Shown piece by piece: positions 7,457-16,855 of a DNA stretch of 64,000 bases (position 1 is its first letter; each line of letters opens with the position of its first letter). The DNA is from a virus. Location: positions 64,001 to 128,000 of IMG/VR virus record IMGVR_UViG_3300032073_005220. One strand, written 5' to 3'. A model generated the notes under the pieces. It saw only the letters and a list, made by a program, of their open reading frames with translations, was not told the DNA's origin and made no database searches. The position numbers and the translations under genes were made by a program.

Positions 7457-10400
7457 TGTCTATCAATTATCAATGGCAACAATCTAAAGACAACGGAACA
7501 AGCTATGGAAATATCTCAGCTACTGGATCAACTTTACAAATAAACCATATCAAACCCAACCAACACAATTATCTTTATAGGTGTCGAGTTAACAGAGATG
7601 GCAGCAGTAAGTATAGGTACAGCGATCCTGCCAAACTTACAGTTTTATCAGAGATATCTCTTGGTAAATTACCTAGCAATGTTTCTATTGATGACGGAAA
7701 TCTTTCTTTAAGCCCAACTGTTACTGTTAATAGCAGCGCTACAACATCTTTTCAGTGGCAATATTCTGATGATGAAGCTATCAATTATTACGACTTACCA
7801 TCGGCTACAGGATCTGGACTGTCTTTAACTAGTTTATCTAGTGCAAACAATAACTGGCTATATAGACTGCAGGCTAAAAGTTATTATTACTCAGGCATAG
7901 TTAATACGGTTAAATCAAACAATACTCTAGTTCATATCGAAAATGATTTACCTAAACTACAAATATGGAGACAACCTCAGCACTATTATGGAACAGGACA
8001 ACCCGAATTTGAAGTTTTAGTTGCTAGCACAGGATTAAACAGCAACAATATTCCAAATACTTTTTACGATAATTCTGCAACAGATATTACATACGCATGG
8101 GAATATTCTTTTGATGGTCAAAATTGGAGACCAGCAACATATCAATCTAGTGGACAAAATAAAATATACGCGTCAAACAATATAGCTGGTGTTCAATATC
8201 GAGTGAATGTCTCTAAAAGTGGCCACTCGGTAGAGTCAGCATCTGCTTCAATCATACAAGAATTCTGCTTTCCTCCATACTCAAATAATTTTGATGATGA
8301 ATCTAAAATATATAGCATGAATCATTTTGACATCAGAAGCTCTAACGGAAAGACAACTTTAGGACTATTTAGTAATTGTCCTCAAATTCTAGAAACTGCA
8401 GAACGCAGAGCCAATATTAAGATGTTGAGCCTAGAATCTGAAGGAAATAAGTATGATCTAGTTTTTAATATGATTAGAAGTACAGATAGTCTCACAGTAA
8501 AGCCTTACAACTTAGCAATAGAGGATATATCTCTATTTAAAAACAACACAATAATTAAGAAGGCTAGTGTGAATCCAGATTCAATAGAGGATGTAAAAAC
8601 ACCATTCGATCTAAATTATTCATCATATAATAGCACTATAACAATATCACGCCCTGATATTTCTGCTGGTGCTGCTGGCAGGCCATACGGAGACGGGTAT
8701 TGCATAAATCTTGCTAATCCCTTGCACGGTGATAACTTAAATAATATAAATTATAAAAACTTTATTAGCAATTGTATAGCTAAGTCTAGTAGTATACGAT
8801 ATGGGGCTATTAAGGTAGGAGTTACAACTACAGGCAACTCCTCCGTAGATACTGATTTAATATCTAAACTTCCAACTGAATTAAAAATTAAAAATGGAAA
8901 TGACACAATTGTTAACTTAAGGATTAGTTATGAAATAATAGGTAGCGCAAGCGCTATATCAAAAGATACATTAGCAAATATAAATGTAGTAATATTAAAT
9001 CAAGGATACAATTGGTCTTCTAGAAGCTTTACTCAATCAGAACAGGAAGCTTTAAAATATCATGTAAATGACGGAGGAGGATTAATTACATCCGAATGGG
9101 TCTTATGGAATAGTGCTTACGGAAGATTTGACTACCTGAAAGAAGTGTTTGCTGCAGAACCTAGTCGTGACTACCAACTTGAAAATCAAGTGAGATATTA
9201 TAAATATAATTCTAATTTAATTATAAATAACGAGGTTTCAGACGATTTTAAATTCGCCCCTACCAACGTTGCTGGAGGAACAGAAACTACATTTACTAGT
9301 TTCAAAACAGGATCTCAATTATTCTATATCAAAGAACCAAAACCGATTTCTATTATTAATTTAAAACAAGCAAAATTCAATTTGCTAGATTTATTCTATT
9401 TCACAGCACAAGAGGCAGAAAATACAACCAACTCAACTCTTGATGGACTTAATAAGTTTTTTACAGGATCTTTTCATTGGGAAGGCAAAGTATCAAAAAA
9501 TATAAAAATTGGAGGAGCTTTATATTGGATATATAAATCTTTGATTGAATACCACAGAAAAGCTGACGAGGGAGTAGATAAACCCAATTCTGCTTGGTCC
9601 TTAGGCAGAGGTCTTATAGGAGATAAAACCGATGGTATAAATCACATACTTAGCGAGAATGGGTTAAATATATCTGATTTTACATTCAGTAATCTGGAAA
9701 CAATTAAGGAGTCTCCCGAAGAAGAATTAACAGCCAACGACAATTTTTGGAAAGATATGTCTAAATTGTTAAGTTCTTTAAAGCCGTCTAATAGTAATTA
9801 CAGGCATAACAGAGAAGTAGTAACAAACAAATGTAATATAGTACAACAACCAAATTTTAAGTACAAGCCCAACCCTTTGCCGTCAGGAAACATACTAATA
9901 GATTGTTTCGTAACAAATCCTTCAGAACTTCCTATTTCGTATTGTCTGCAAAAAAACAGTGGAAACAATTTTGTTGATATACAACAAGATAGTTTTGTAA
10001 ATAATAGAATAATATTTTCGGGGCTTCAGTCATCTGATCTTGATACTGGAATAAATCATAGGATATTATTCAAAACTTCATATGAATATCCTGAAGGAAC
10101 AGGAACACCTTCAGATTCTTTCCAATTTGTTAGCAGGAAAACAGGTAGACCCAGAAAAGATATTACCGAAGGACTTCAAGACTATTCTCAGAGCACGATA
10201 ACCGATGGTAATGGAGTTTTTGTAAAATTCATCGAATCTAGTGGAGCTAACATACATGATGGTATTTCTTCATCTTCTTTTGGAAATTCAGGAAATATTA
10301 TTAGTTGGCAATATTCTTATGATAATGTTAATTTTTACAATACAACATCTGGCGTTAATGTATCAGGAAGCAGTAGTATTCTAACTTTAGGAAGTGGCAA

Positions 10401-10806
10401 TCACAATAAAAATATTAGATATTCTTTCCATCCTTTAACAAACTTGAAGCATACTGACAGTGTAGGTCAAAATACTCCCATTATTAAATCCATAGCATAT
10501 AGTTCATCAAATAGCTACGACCCTCAAGGAGCCGTGACTTTTAGTTCTAATATAGATAACTATTATACTTCTGGAGGACAGCAGTATTGCAGTATGTCTG
10601 TCTACTTAAATAATACAGGAATTAATACAAATATTAATCCTTCAGATATTACATGGGAACAATACAATTACTCAACGAACTCTTATGATGGCCTGCCCAG
10701 CCTTTCTGGTAATAGGCTCTTTGCTGTCAGCGGAATTAAAGTGTCTTTGATAGACACCTACAAATTTAGAGCCATAATCAACAACAGGATATTTTATCTA
10801 TCATGA
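7456..10806 (+). CDS. Large multi-Ig-like domain protein, putative virion fibre/adhesin
   Basis: Repeated YQWQQSKDNG/FQWQYSDD/YAWEYSFDG/ISWQYSYD with YRC/YRL/YRV strands; central VILNQG...EALKYHVNDGGGL segment resembles a GATase1-like domain. Confidence 0.7.
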   Translation: MSINYQWQQSKDNGTSYGNISATGSTLQINHIKPNQHNYLYRCRVNRDGSSKYRYSDPAKLTVLSEISLGKLPSNVSIDDGNLSLSPTVTVNSSATTSFQWQYSDDEAINYYDLPSATGSGLSLTSLSSANNNWLYRLQAKSYYYSGIVNTVKSNNTLVHIENDLPKLQIWRQPQHYYGTGQPEFEVLVASTGLNSNNIPNTFYDNSATDITYAWEYSFDGQNWRPATYQSSGQNKIYASNNIAGVQYRVNVSKSGHSVESASASIIQEFCFPPYSNNFDDESKIYSMNHFDIRSSNGKTTLGLFSNCPQILETAERRANIKMLSLESEGNKYDLVFNMIRSTDSLTVKPYNLAIEDISLFKNNTIIKKASVNPDSIEDVKTPFDLNYSSYNSTITISRPDISAGAAGRPYGDGYCINLANPLHGDNLNNINYKNFISNCIAKSSSIRYGAIKVGVTTTGNSSVDTDLISKLPTELKIKNGNDTIVNLRISYEIIGSASAISKDTLANINVVILNQGYNWSSRSFTQSEQEALKYHVNDGGGLITSEWVLWNSAYGRFDYLKEVFAAEPSRDYQLENQVRYYKYNSNLIINNEVSDDFKFAPTNVAGGTETTFTSFKTGSQLFYIKEPKPISIINLKQAKFNLLDLFYFTAQEAENTTNSTLDGLNKFFTGSFHWEGKVSKNIKIGGALYWIYKSLIEYHRKADEGVDKPNSAWSLGRGLIGDKTDGINHILSENGLNISDFTFSNLETIKESPEEELTANDNFWKDMSKLLSSLKPSNSNYRHNREVVTNKCNIVQQPNFKYKPNPLPSGNILIDCFVTNPSELPISYCLQKNSGNNFVDIQQDSFVNNRIIFSGLQSSDLDTGINHRILFKTSYEYPEGTGTPSDSFQFVSRKTGRPRKDITEGLQDYSQSTITDGNGVFVKFIESSGANIHDGISSSSFGNSGNIISWQYSYDNVNFYNTTSGVNVSGSSSILTLGSGNHNKNIRYSFHPLTNLKHTDSVGQNTPIIKSIAYSSSNSYDPQGAVTFSSNIDNYYTSGGQQYCSMSVYLNNTGINTNINPSDITWEQYNYSTNSYDGLPSLSGNRLFAVSGIKVSLIDTYKFRAIINNRIFYLS

Positions 10807-13800
10807 CTGCTTTACTTATCAATGTAACTCAACAGCCTGCTCTTTTAAGTTCTTTAGAAAATGTAAAACTGAATACAGATATATATTACGATAATAATAG
10901 ACAAAAAGATTTTTTACAAGAAAATAATACTCTTATTTATGAGTGGTTGTACTCTGTTGATGATGGTAAAACTTTCAGAACACTCAATGAAAATTCTGCT
11001 AATCTTACTATAGATTTAGATACTATTAATATAAATTTTATATACAAACTAAAAATATCTATTGATAGGCCTTCATCAGAGATAGCATCAAATACAGATA
11101 GTTCTACGGGTTTTATTACAAATAAAAGTAATAAATTTTTATTATCTAATCAGGAAAGCGACAATTCTGAAGTTTGGTACAGCAATAATATTAAAATTAA
11201 TCACAGTATAGATATAGCAGATATAATTGTAGATTTTGCTTTGAACGACATTATCGAACAATTAGAAGATCAGATTGATTTTGGTTTAACTTCAGATGCA
11301 ATAGATATCCAAGAAAATGAGTCGTCACAAATTTCTATTATTCCAGATGACGAAACAGCCACGATTGTTGAAGTAGATACAGATGAAACTAGCAGCACAT
11401 TATGGTTTCCGGGTCTAATGGATTGCTATACTCCGGCCACAATGACTAGTTGCGGCATCACCATAAATTATTGTATTTATGAACAGAAAAGTATATTGGT
11501 TGATGGTTTGGGTAATTGTGGCAGCATAAATGACTGTCCAGGAAATGGCTGCGTTCTAGACGGAGGTCCTGTAATTACAGCCAACGGACCTGTCGGCAAT
11601 TGGCTAAATGTTAAGCTGGGAGATTCATATACAGCATGCTGGAAAAATTTTGAGGGTGCCATAGACCCCCAGCAGTGGGACGGACAGAGAAGTAAATCAG
11701 TAGACTCATGCGGCGAACCGATAATAGGTGATTCTCAATATGACTCTTTGGTGCTTTGCGATGACCCTGGTAAGGCATATGCTAGTGCGTATTTCTGCGC
11801 AAATCCGCCTGGTGAAGGCAATATGTCGTGTCCCGGACAAATAGTTAGTAATCGGTGTGACCCAGGTGGAGCAATGAATGACATGCCGTGCTTAGGAACA
11901 TTTCAACGATTGGCTGTTCCCAGTAACAAGTATCGCTGCCACCAAAATAAATACTATTACCCGTCTACCTGCAGGTGTAACGGCAAGATCCTTAGCTCTA
12001 TAGATACAAATCTCGCCACATGTCAAGCAGACCAAGACCAATGCAAAACGGTTGATCCTCCAAATTTATCATATTATTGTAGGGAATTAGGCGTTACTGT
12101 TCCTGTTTTGAGAGAAGTAGATGATGATGGAAATTACACCGGAGTATTGTATGTAAACTTCGGACCAGTTGCCGCACCTCCCGGAACCACAGAAAGTGGT
12201 AGGCTTGGCTGGGCTTTTCCCAAAGTATACACAGCACACTTACAAGGTTCAGCAAAAGGGGCGAATTACTCGCTATCTAAAAGCATTACCTTAACTGTTA
12301 AAAGTAATTCAGGGAAAACATCGAGCGAATGTTCTATTAAGACACTAACAGCTGCTAGCGATCCCTGGGGAGGTTGTATTGAAGCGGGTAATTGTTATGA
12401 ACATGATGACATACCTAAAACACTGCGTTGTTTTGCTAGTGATAAGTATTACAAAATTCAAGGATTAGGAAATAAAACCTTTAGCTGCTGGACAGAATGT
12501 AACAAATTTACCCCAGCAACGGCAACGGTGCCTGCGTTTAGAATTTATCCTGTAACCACCAGACCTGAAAGTTTGTATGGGTTATTATCATTAGCAGAAG
12601 CAGAAGCTAAACTAGAAAAAGATAATAAAGGTAAGGCTTATGCTGTAAGAAGGGACACTCTAAGACCAGGTTTTGGGTCAACATGCGTAGAAAGTTGTAA
12701 AAACTCTAAGGGATTTCCTAGTAAAAACTCCACAAGATTCTCCACTAATGGAGGTATAGTACAAGGATCTCTTGGGTTGGTTAATCCGTGCGTGAAATGT
12801 GGTTGCAAAGAAGATAAAGATTGTGGTGGATGCGGCGTATGTATGGATGGAGAGTGCATAGAATATCCTAATGACAATCCTAATTCGGCAGCGGTCCATC
12901 CTTGTGAAGCAGCAGCGAAAGGTGGAGGTACAGTATCATGTTGTGTTGGTTACGATGCTTTAGGAAAGAAAATAGTTAGCTGTGCTAAGTCGAAATATTG
13001 CGAAACTTGTCAAGATCCGCAAGTTGATGATCAAAGTATTCCAACAGGTGCTATTGTCGGTACTGTTGCTAGAGTAAGTTTTGACTCAAATGATCCTGCA
13101 AAAGATTGTTGTAATGGAGTAGTTTATGACCCTAGATGCCAAATTTGTGATGTTTCTACAGTTAGGCCTAAATGTAGACCTCCTGAAGAATGTAGATTAA
13201 CAGGAGACACTACTACTTGGGTTGATGAGGATGGATTTGAACAACAGTCTGACAATTATCATTGTATAATTCCTCCGTGCCCTCCTTGTCAAATAGAAGC
13301 TGATGATTATGACACAACAGGAAATTGCATAAGTTATAACGACACTCCAGAGGCTAAACAAAATTGTGAAGAATGTGAACCAATAGATAATCCCGATTAT
13401 CCTGGCGATAGCGATGAGCCTCTAATTCCAAATTTTTATTCTACACTAGACGAAGGACAGACATGCTGCCAAACAGGAGCAACTACCTTTGTTCCGTGCT
13501 CAAACTGTTGTGCTGATTCAGAAACAGGCTACAATACCTGTTGTCCTGGTGCAGACGACACTTGCTGCGACGGAGCTTGTTACGCAACAGTTGCCGGCAG
13601 AACTATCTGTTGTAACGGAAAAGAAGCCGCTTTTGGGGATGCTTGTAATCTTTGTAGCTTTGACGAATTCGGACAACAGGAAAGTAAATGCGATACTTAT
13701 TATAGTTGTTGCAGTAAAACTGTATCTGGAGTAGAATTTTTTACAGGGTGCTACAGCAATACCTACTGTGACTGTGAAACATGTAGCGGCGGAGAAGTAG

Positions 13801-13877
13801 TAACGGTTGAATCAGACGATCCAGATGATTGCTGTTACGCTGGTGCAGCTCCTCAGTCTATTTTCTATGAACCATAA
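10803..13877 (+). CDS. Ig-like N-terminus plus very cysteine-rich protein, putative virion appendage
   Basis: N-terminal YEWLYSVDDG Ig motif; about 75 Cys by manual count after residue ~205, including 9 CC doublets. Confidence 0.7.
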   Translation: MTALLINVTQQPALLSSLENVKLNTDIYYDNNRQKDFLQENNTLIYEWLYSVDDGKTFRTLNENSANLTIDLDTININFIYKLKISIDRPSSEIASNTDSSTGFITNKSNKFLLSNQESDNSEVWYSNNIKINHSIDIADIIVDFALNDIIEQLEDQIDFGLTSDAIDIQENESSQISIIPDDETATIVEVDTDETSSTLWFPGLMDCYTPATMTSCGITINYCIYEQKSILVDGLGNCGSINDCPGNGCVLDGGPVITANGPVGNWLNVKLGDSYTACWKNFEGAIDPQQWDGQRSKSVDSCGEPIIGDSQYDSLVLCDDPGKAYASAYFCANPPGEGNMSCPGQIVSNRCDPGGAMNDMPCLGTFQRLAVPSNKYRCHQNKYYYPSTCRCNGKILSSIDTNLATCQADQDQCKTVDPPNLSYYCRELGVTVPVLREVDDDGNYTGVLYVNFGPVAAPPGTTESGRLGWAFPKVYTAHLQGSAKGANYSLSKSITLTVKSNSGKTSSECSIKTLTAASDPWGGCIEAGNCYEHDDIPKTLRCFASDKYYKIQGLGNKTFSCWTECNKFTPATATVPAFRIYPVTTRPESLYGLLSLAEAEAKLEKDNKGKAYAVRRDTLRPGFGSTCVESCKNSKGFPSKNSTRFSTNGGIVQGSLGLVNPCVKCGCKEDKDCGGCGVCMDGECIEYPNDNPNSAAVHPCEAAAKGGGTVSCCVGYDALGKKIVSCAKSKYCETCQDPQVDDQSIPTGAIVGTVARVSFDSNDPAKDCCNGVVYDPRCQICDVSTVRPKCRPPEECRLTGDTTTWVDEDGFEQQSDNYHCIIPPCPPCQIEADDYDTTGNCISYNDTPEAKQNCEECEPIDNPDYPGDSDEPLIPNFYSTLDEGQTCCQTGATTFVPCSNCCADSETGYNTCCPGADDTCCDGACYATVAGRTICCNGKEAAFGDACNLCSFDEFGQQESKCDTYYSCCSKTVSGVEFFTGCYSNTYCDCETCSGGEVVTVESDDPDDCCYAGAAPQSIFYEP

Positions 13878-13898
13878 TAAATCCGGAGATAATTAAAA

Positions 13899-14366
13899 AT
13901 GAGTAGTATTAGAATTAAAAATTTACCTGCTTCTACTGGAGTATTAACTACAGATAACGTAATTGTTAGCTCTAATGACTTAAGCTATAAACTTCCGATA
14001 TCTGATATGAAAAAAGAATTTAATAAACAAAGTTCTACCTCCTTGACTTCTAGTACTGAAACAAATTACGATACTTCTACTAGTGATATTGGGACTATAT
14101 TAAACGTAAATAAAAGCATAGTTTCTACCATAAAAATTACTACAGCAACATCAAATGGAGCAAATATTGGGGATTCTATTGATGTTATTAACACTAGTTC
14201 TTTACAAGATGTTAGAATATTAGCTCAATCTGGGGTATATATAAGAAGCATGGGTAATCATTTAGATTTAACCAGGCAATATAGCGTAGGTAAAATTACT
14301 AAATTTTCCAGTAATGAATGGATGCTTACTGGAGACTTTTTCACTTCTCCTAGTGGTACATTCTAA
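13899..14366 (+). CDS. Putative tail-fibre-associated structural protein
   Basis: N-terminal IRIKNLP and C-terminal QYSVGKITK...WMLTGD, patterns typical of phage fibre modules. Confidence 0.5.
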   Translation: MSSIRIKNLPASTGVLTTDNVIVSSNDLSYKLPISDMKKEFNKQSSTSLTSSTETNYDTSTSDIGTILNVNKSIVSTIKITTATSNGANIGDSIDVINTSSLQDVRILAQSGVYIRSMGNHLDLTRQYSVGKITKFSSNEWMLTGDFFTSPSGTF

Positions 14367-14758
14367 TGAAAAATAACAAACAATTGGAAAGCCTATCTAA
14401 CAAGATAGCAAATGATTCAGGATTAACAGGCTGTGAAGAATATGGTAGTATTCTGTTAACTATTATGATAATTGGAATAATTTTAAATTCAATTAGAGTA
14501 ATTCAAGAGTGCAATAGTAGCAAATTAAACAAAATGTCTGATGAAGAAAAACATTCTTTTCTAAAAGATCAGATTAAAACTTTATCTAGTAAACGTGGAT
14601 GGTTTACTAAAATGCGTATTCGCAAAGTTATGAGAAGAGAACTAAAAAAAGAAACATACAAACAGTATGGTGCAAATATCGTAGATAGTATTTTAAATAG
14701 TGGAGAAAATATCACGGATGATGAACTTTCATCAATTCTGGAGGCTTTAAATGTTTAG
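14366..14758 (+). CDS. Hypothetical protein with one hydrophobic segment
   Basis: YGSILLTIMIIGIILNSI; TAATG coupling. Confidence 0.55.
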   Translation: MKNNKQLESLSNKIANDSGLTGCEEYGSILLTIMIIGIILNSIRVIQECNSSKLNKMSDEEKHSFLKDQIKTLSSKRGWFTKMRIRKVMRRELKKETYKQYGANIVDSILNSGENITDDELSSILEALNV

Positions 14759-15002
14759 TATAATTATATGGTGTGTATATGGTATATTCGTCGGAGCTAT
14801 TGCTAAAAGCATTGTTCCTGGAGAAGAAAATTTTGGCTTTTTTAAGACAATAGCATTAGGAGTAGCTGGCTCATACATGGGCGGCGCTGTATTATATCTA
14901 CTGGGGCAGTATAATGCACTAGAGCCTTCGGGCATATTCATGGGAATAGCTGGTGCTGTTTTAGCTTTAGTATTATATAATAAATTAGTAAATGACAAAT
15001 AA
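14751..15002 (+). CDS. GlsB/YeaQ/YmgE family (transglycosylase-associated) membrane protein
   Basis: WCVYGIFVGAIAKSIVPG...TIALGVAGSYMGG...GIAGAVLAL is the family pattern. Confidence 0.85.
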   Translation: MFSIIIWCVYGIFVGAIAKSIVPGEENFGFFKTIALGVAGSYMGGAVLYLLGQYNALEPSGIFMGIAGAVLALVLYNKLVNDK

Positions 15003-15945
15003 AGTTCCAGTATTAATATGGTTATATCACATTGATTTGTGGCCTGAAATACTGTCTTTATTATTACCTATCCAAGACCTAATAGAAGTGCATATAGGTC
15101 TTTACAAACACAACTCCGATAATTTTATAGTAGAAGATAGTGTTTCAACTATTTTTGATGATCACTATATTACATATCATGAAAATGCAGGCGGAGACGT
15201 TCTGCCTTTTCTTGACCAGTTAAATAATTTAAACCCTTCTAAATTTACGCATGATGTATTTTTAAAAATACACACTAAGAAAAGTTTATTTGCTGGTAAA
15301 ATTAATTGGAGAATAATTCTTCTACACAGCCTTATGGGTAGTCGGTCTTCATTTGTCAGTAACATAAACAGACTTTCTCATCATAAGTGCGGAGCCCTTA
15401 CTTGCTCTAATTTAATTATGAATGATATGGAGCATACTAATAGCGACATAATAAAAGATATATCAGAAAACATTTTGTCTATTCCTTACGACAAAGTCAA
15501 AAACAAAAAATTCTGTGGAGGTAATATGTTTTTTGGTAAAATATCTACATTTCAATCTTTTTTTAATAAAGATACTATAGAACTCATTAAACCAAAACTA
15601 GAAAAAGAAAAAGGTAAAATTAGCGACAACAAGCATGGGACATATGCTCATAGTTTAGAGAGACTTTTCGGATATATAGTTTCTTATAATAATCAGAAGA
15701 TTATACCTGCAACTTTGAAGTCTAGTAAAATATTAAACCCCCTTGCCAAAAACAACAAACTGCATATAATACTATTGTATGATGAAATTTCTTGTTACGT
15801 TCATGAAGATATTAATGTGTGTGGGAAGATCCTATCTAGCCGTAAGGACTATATTGAGATAGAATGGTTTCATTTAGATAGTCCAATAACTAAAAAATAT
15901 AAATACATTTCCAGCAATACCCTAGTGCCAGATGCAAAAACATAA
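14992..15945 (+). CDS. RgpF-like (rhamnan synthesis protein F) glycosyltransferase
   Basis: LYHIDLW, NAGGDVLPFL, LKIHTKKS, GGNMF and AHSLERLFG motifs. Confidence 0.8.
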   Translation: MTNKVPVLIWLYHIDLWPEILSLLLPIQDLIEVHIGLYKHNSDNFIVEDSVSTIFDDHYITYHENAGGDVLPFLDQLNNLNPSKFTHDVFLKIHTKKSLFAGKINWRIILLHSLMGSRSSFVSNINRLSHHKCGALTCSNLIMNDMEHTNSDIIKDISENILSIPYDKVKNKKFCGGNMFFGKISTFQSFFNKDTIELIKPKLEKEKGKISDNKHGTYAHSLERLFGYIVSYNNQKIIPATLKSSKILNPLAKNNKLHIILLYDEISCYVHEDINVCGKILSSRKDYIEIEWFHLDSPITKKYKYISSNTLVPDAKT

Positions 15946-16855
15946 GATATTACTTACAGGCGGTTCTGGTTTTTTAGGTCGACATGTGTATGATCGTTTA
16001 TTAGGTAAAAATTATTCAAATATATATATACCTAGAAAAGTAGATTATGATCTTAGAAATAGTTCTAAATGTAAAGATTTATTTAATAACTTTAAACCAG
16101 ATATTGCCGTCCATTTAGCAGCTACATGTGGCGGTATAGGGGCTAACAGTCGTTCTCCCGGCACGTATTTTTATGACAATCTTTCGATGGGGTTAAATAT
16201 AATAGAGCAAGCTAGGCTCCATAATATACGTAAAGTTGTCCTTATTGGGACTGTTTGTGCATATCCTAAATTTTGCAATATTCCATTTCAAGAAAAAGAT
16301 ATTTGGAGTGGATATCCCGAAGAAACCAATGCTCCATATGGAATTGCCAAAAAAACACTTTTTGTAATGCTGGATGCTTATCGACGAGAGTACGGTTTGA
16401 ATAGCACTATCTTAATTCCTTCCAACTTGTATGGTCCCTATGATAATTTTGAAGATCATTCTAGTCATGTAATACCAGCATTAATAAAGAAAATTGATTA
16501 CGCAAATAAAACAGGGCAAAAAACTGTTACTATATGGGGAGACGGAACTCCTAGCAGGGAGTTTTTATATGTAGATCAAGCTGCTCAAGCTATTGTAAAA
16601 AGTATTGATATTAATACAGGATCATCTCCTATTAATATAGGGTCTGGCGAAGAAATTAGAATTAAAGATCTTGTTGATAAACTAATAGAAAAAATGAATT
16701 TTACAGGATCTATAGTATGGGATAAAGCCAAACCCAATGGTCAACCAAGAAGGTGTGTTAGTACCAAAAAAGCTATGTCTTACTTAGGGTGGCAGAATAC
16801 AATAGATATAGATACTGGATTAGATATGACTTTGGAGTGGTATAATAATGCGTAA
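15932..16855 (+). CDS. fcl: GDP-L-fucose synthase
   Basis: TGGSGFLG, HLAATCGGIGAN, GTVCAYPK, YGIAKK, NLYGPYDNF, SHVIPALI, WGDGTPSREFLYV, KPNGQPRR. Confidence 0.93.
   Translation: MQKHKILLTGGSGFLGRHVYDRLLGKNYSNIYIPRKVDYDLRNSSKCKDLFNNFKPDIAVHLAATCGGIGANSRSPGTYFYDNLSMGLNIIEQARLHNIRKVVLIGTVCAYPKFCNIPFQEKDIWSGYPEETNAPYGIAKKTLFVMLDAYRREYGLNSTILIPSNLYGPYDNFEDHSSHVIPALIKKIDYANKTGQKTVTIWGDGTPSREFLYVDQAAQAIVKSIDINTGSSPINIGSGEEIRIKDLVDKLIEKMNFTGSIVWDKAKPNGQPRRCVSTKKAMSYLGWQNTIDIDTGLDMTLEWYNNA

Noticed and set aside
7425-7460. Canonical -1 slippery heptamer at the Ig junction
   Set aside because: No X XXY YYZ heptamer precedes the TAA; TAATG coupling explains the overlap.
10803-13877. Diversity-generating retroelement target
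   Set aside because: No reverse transcriptase and no adenine-mismatched repeat pair was seen in this window.
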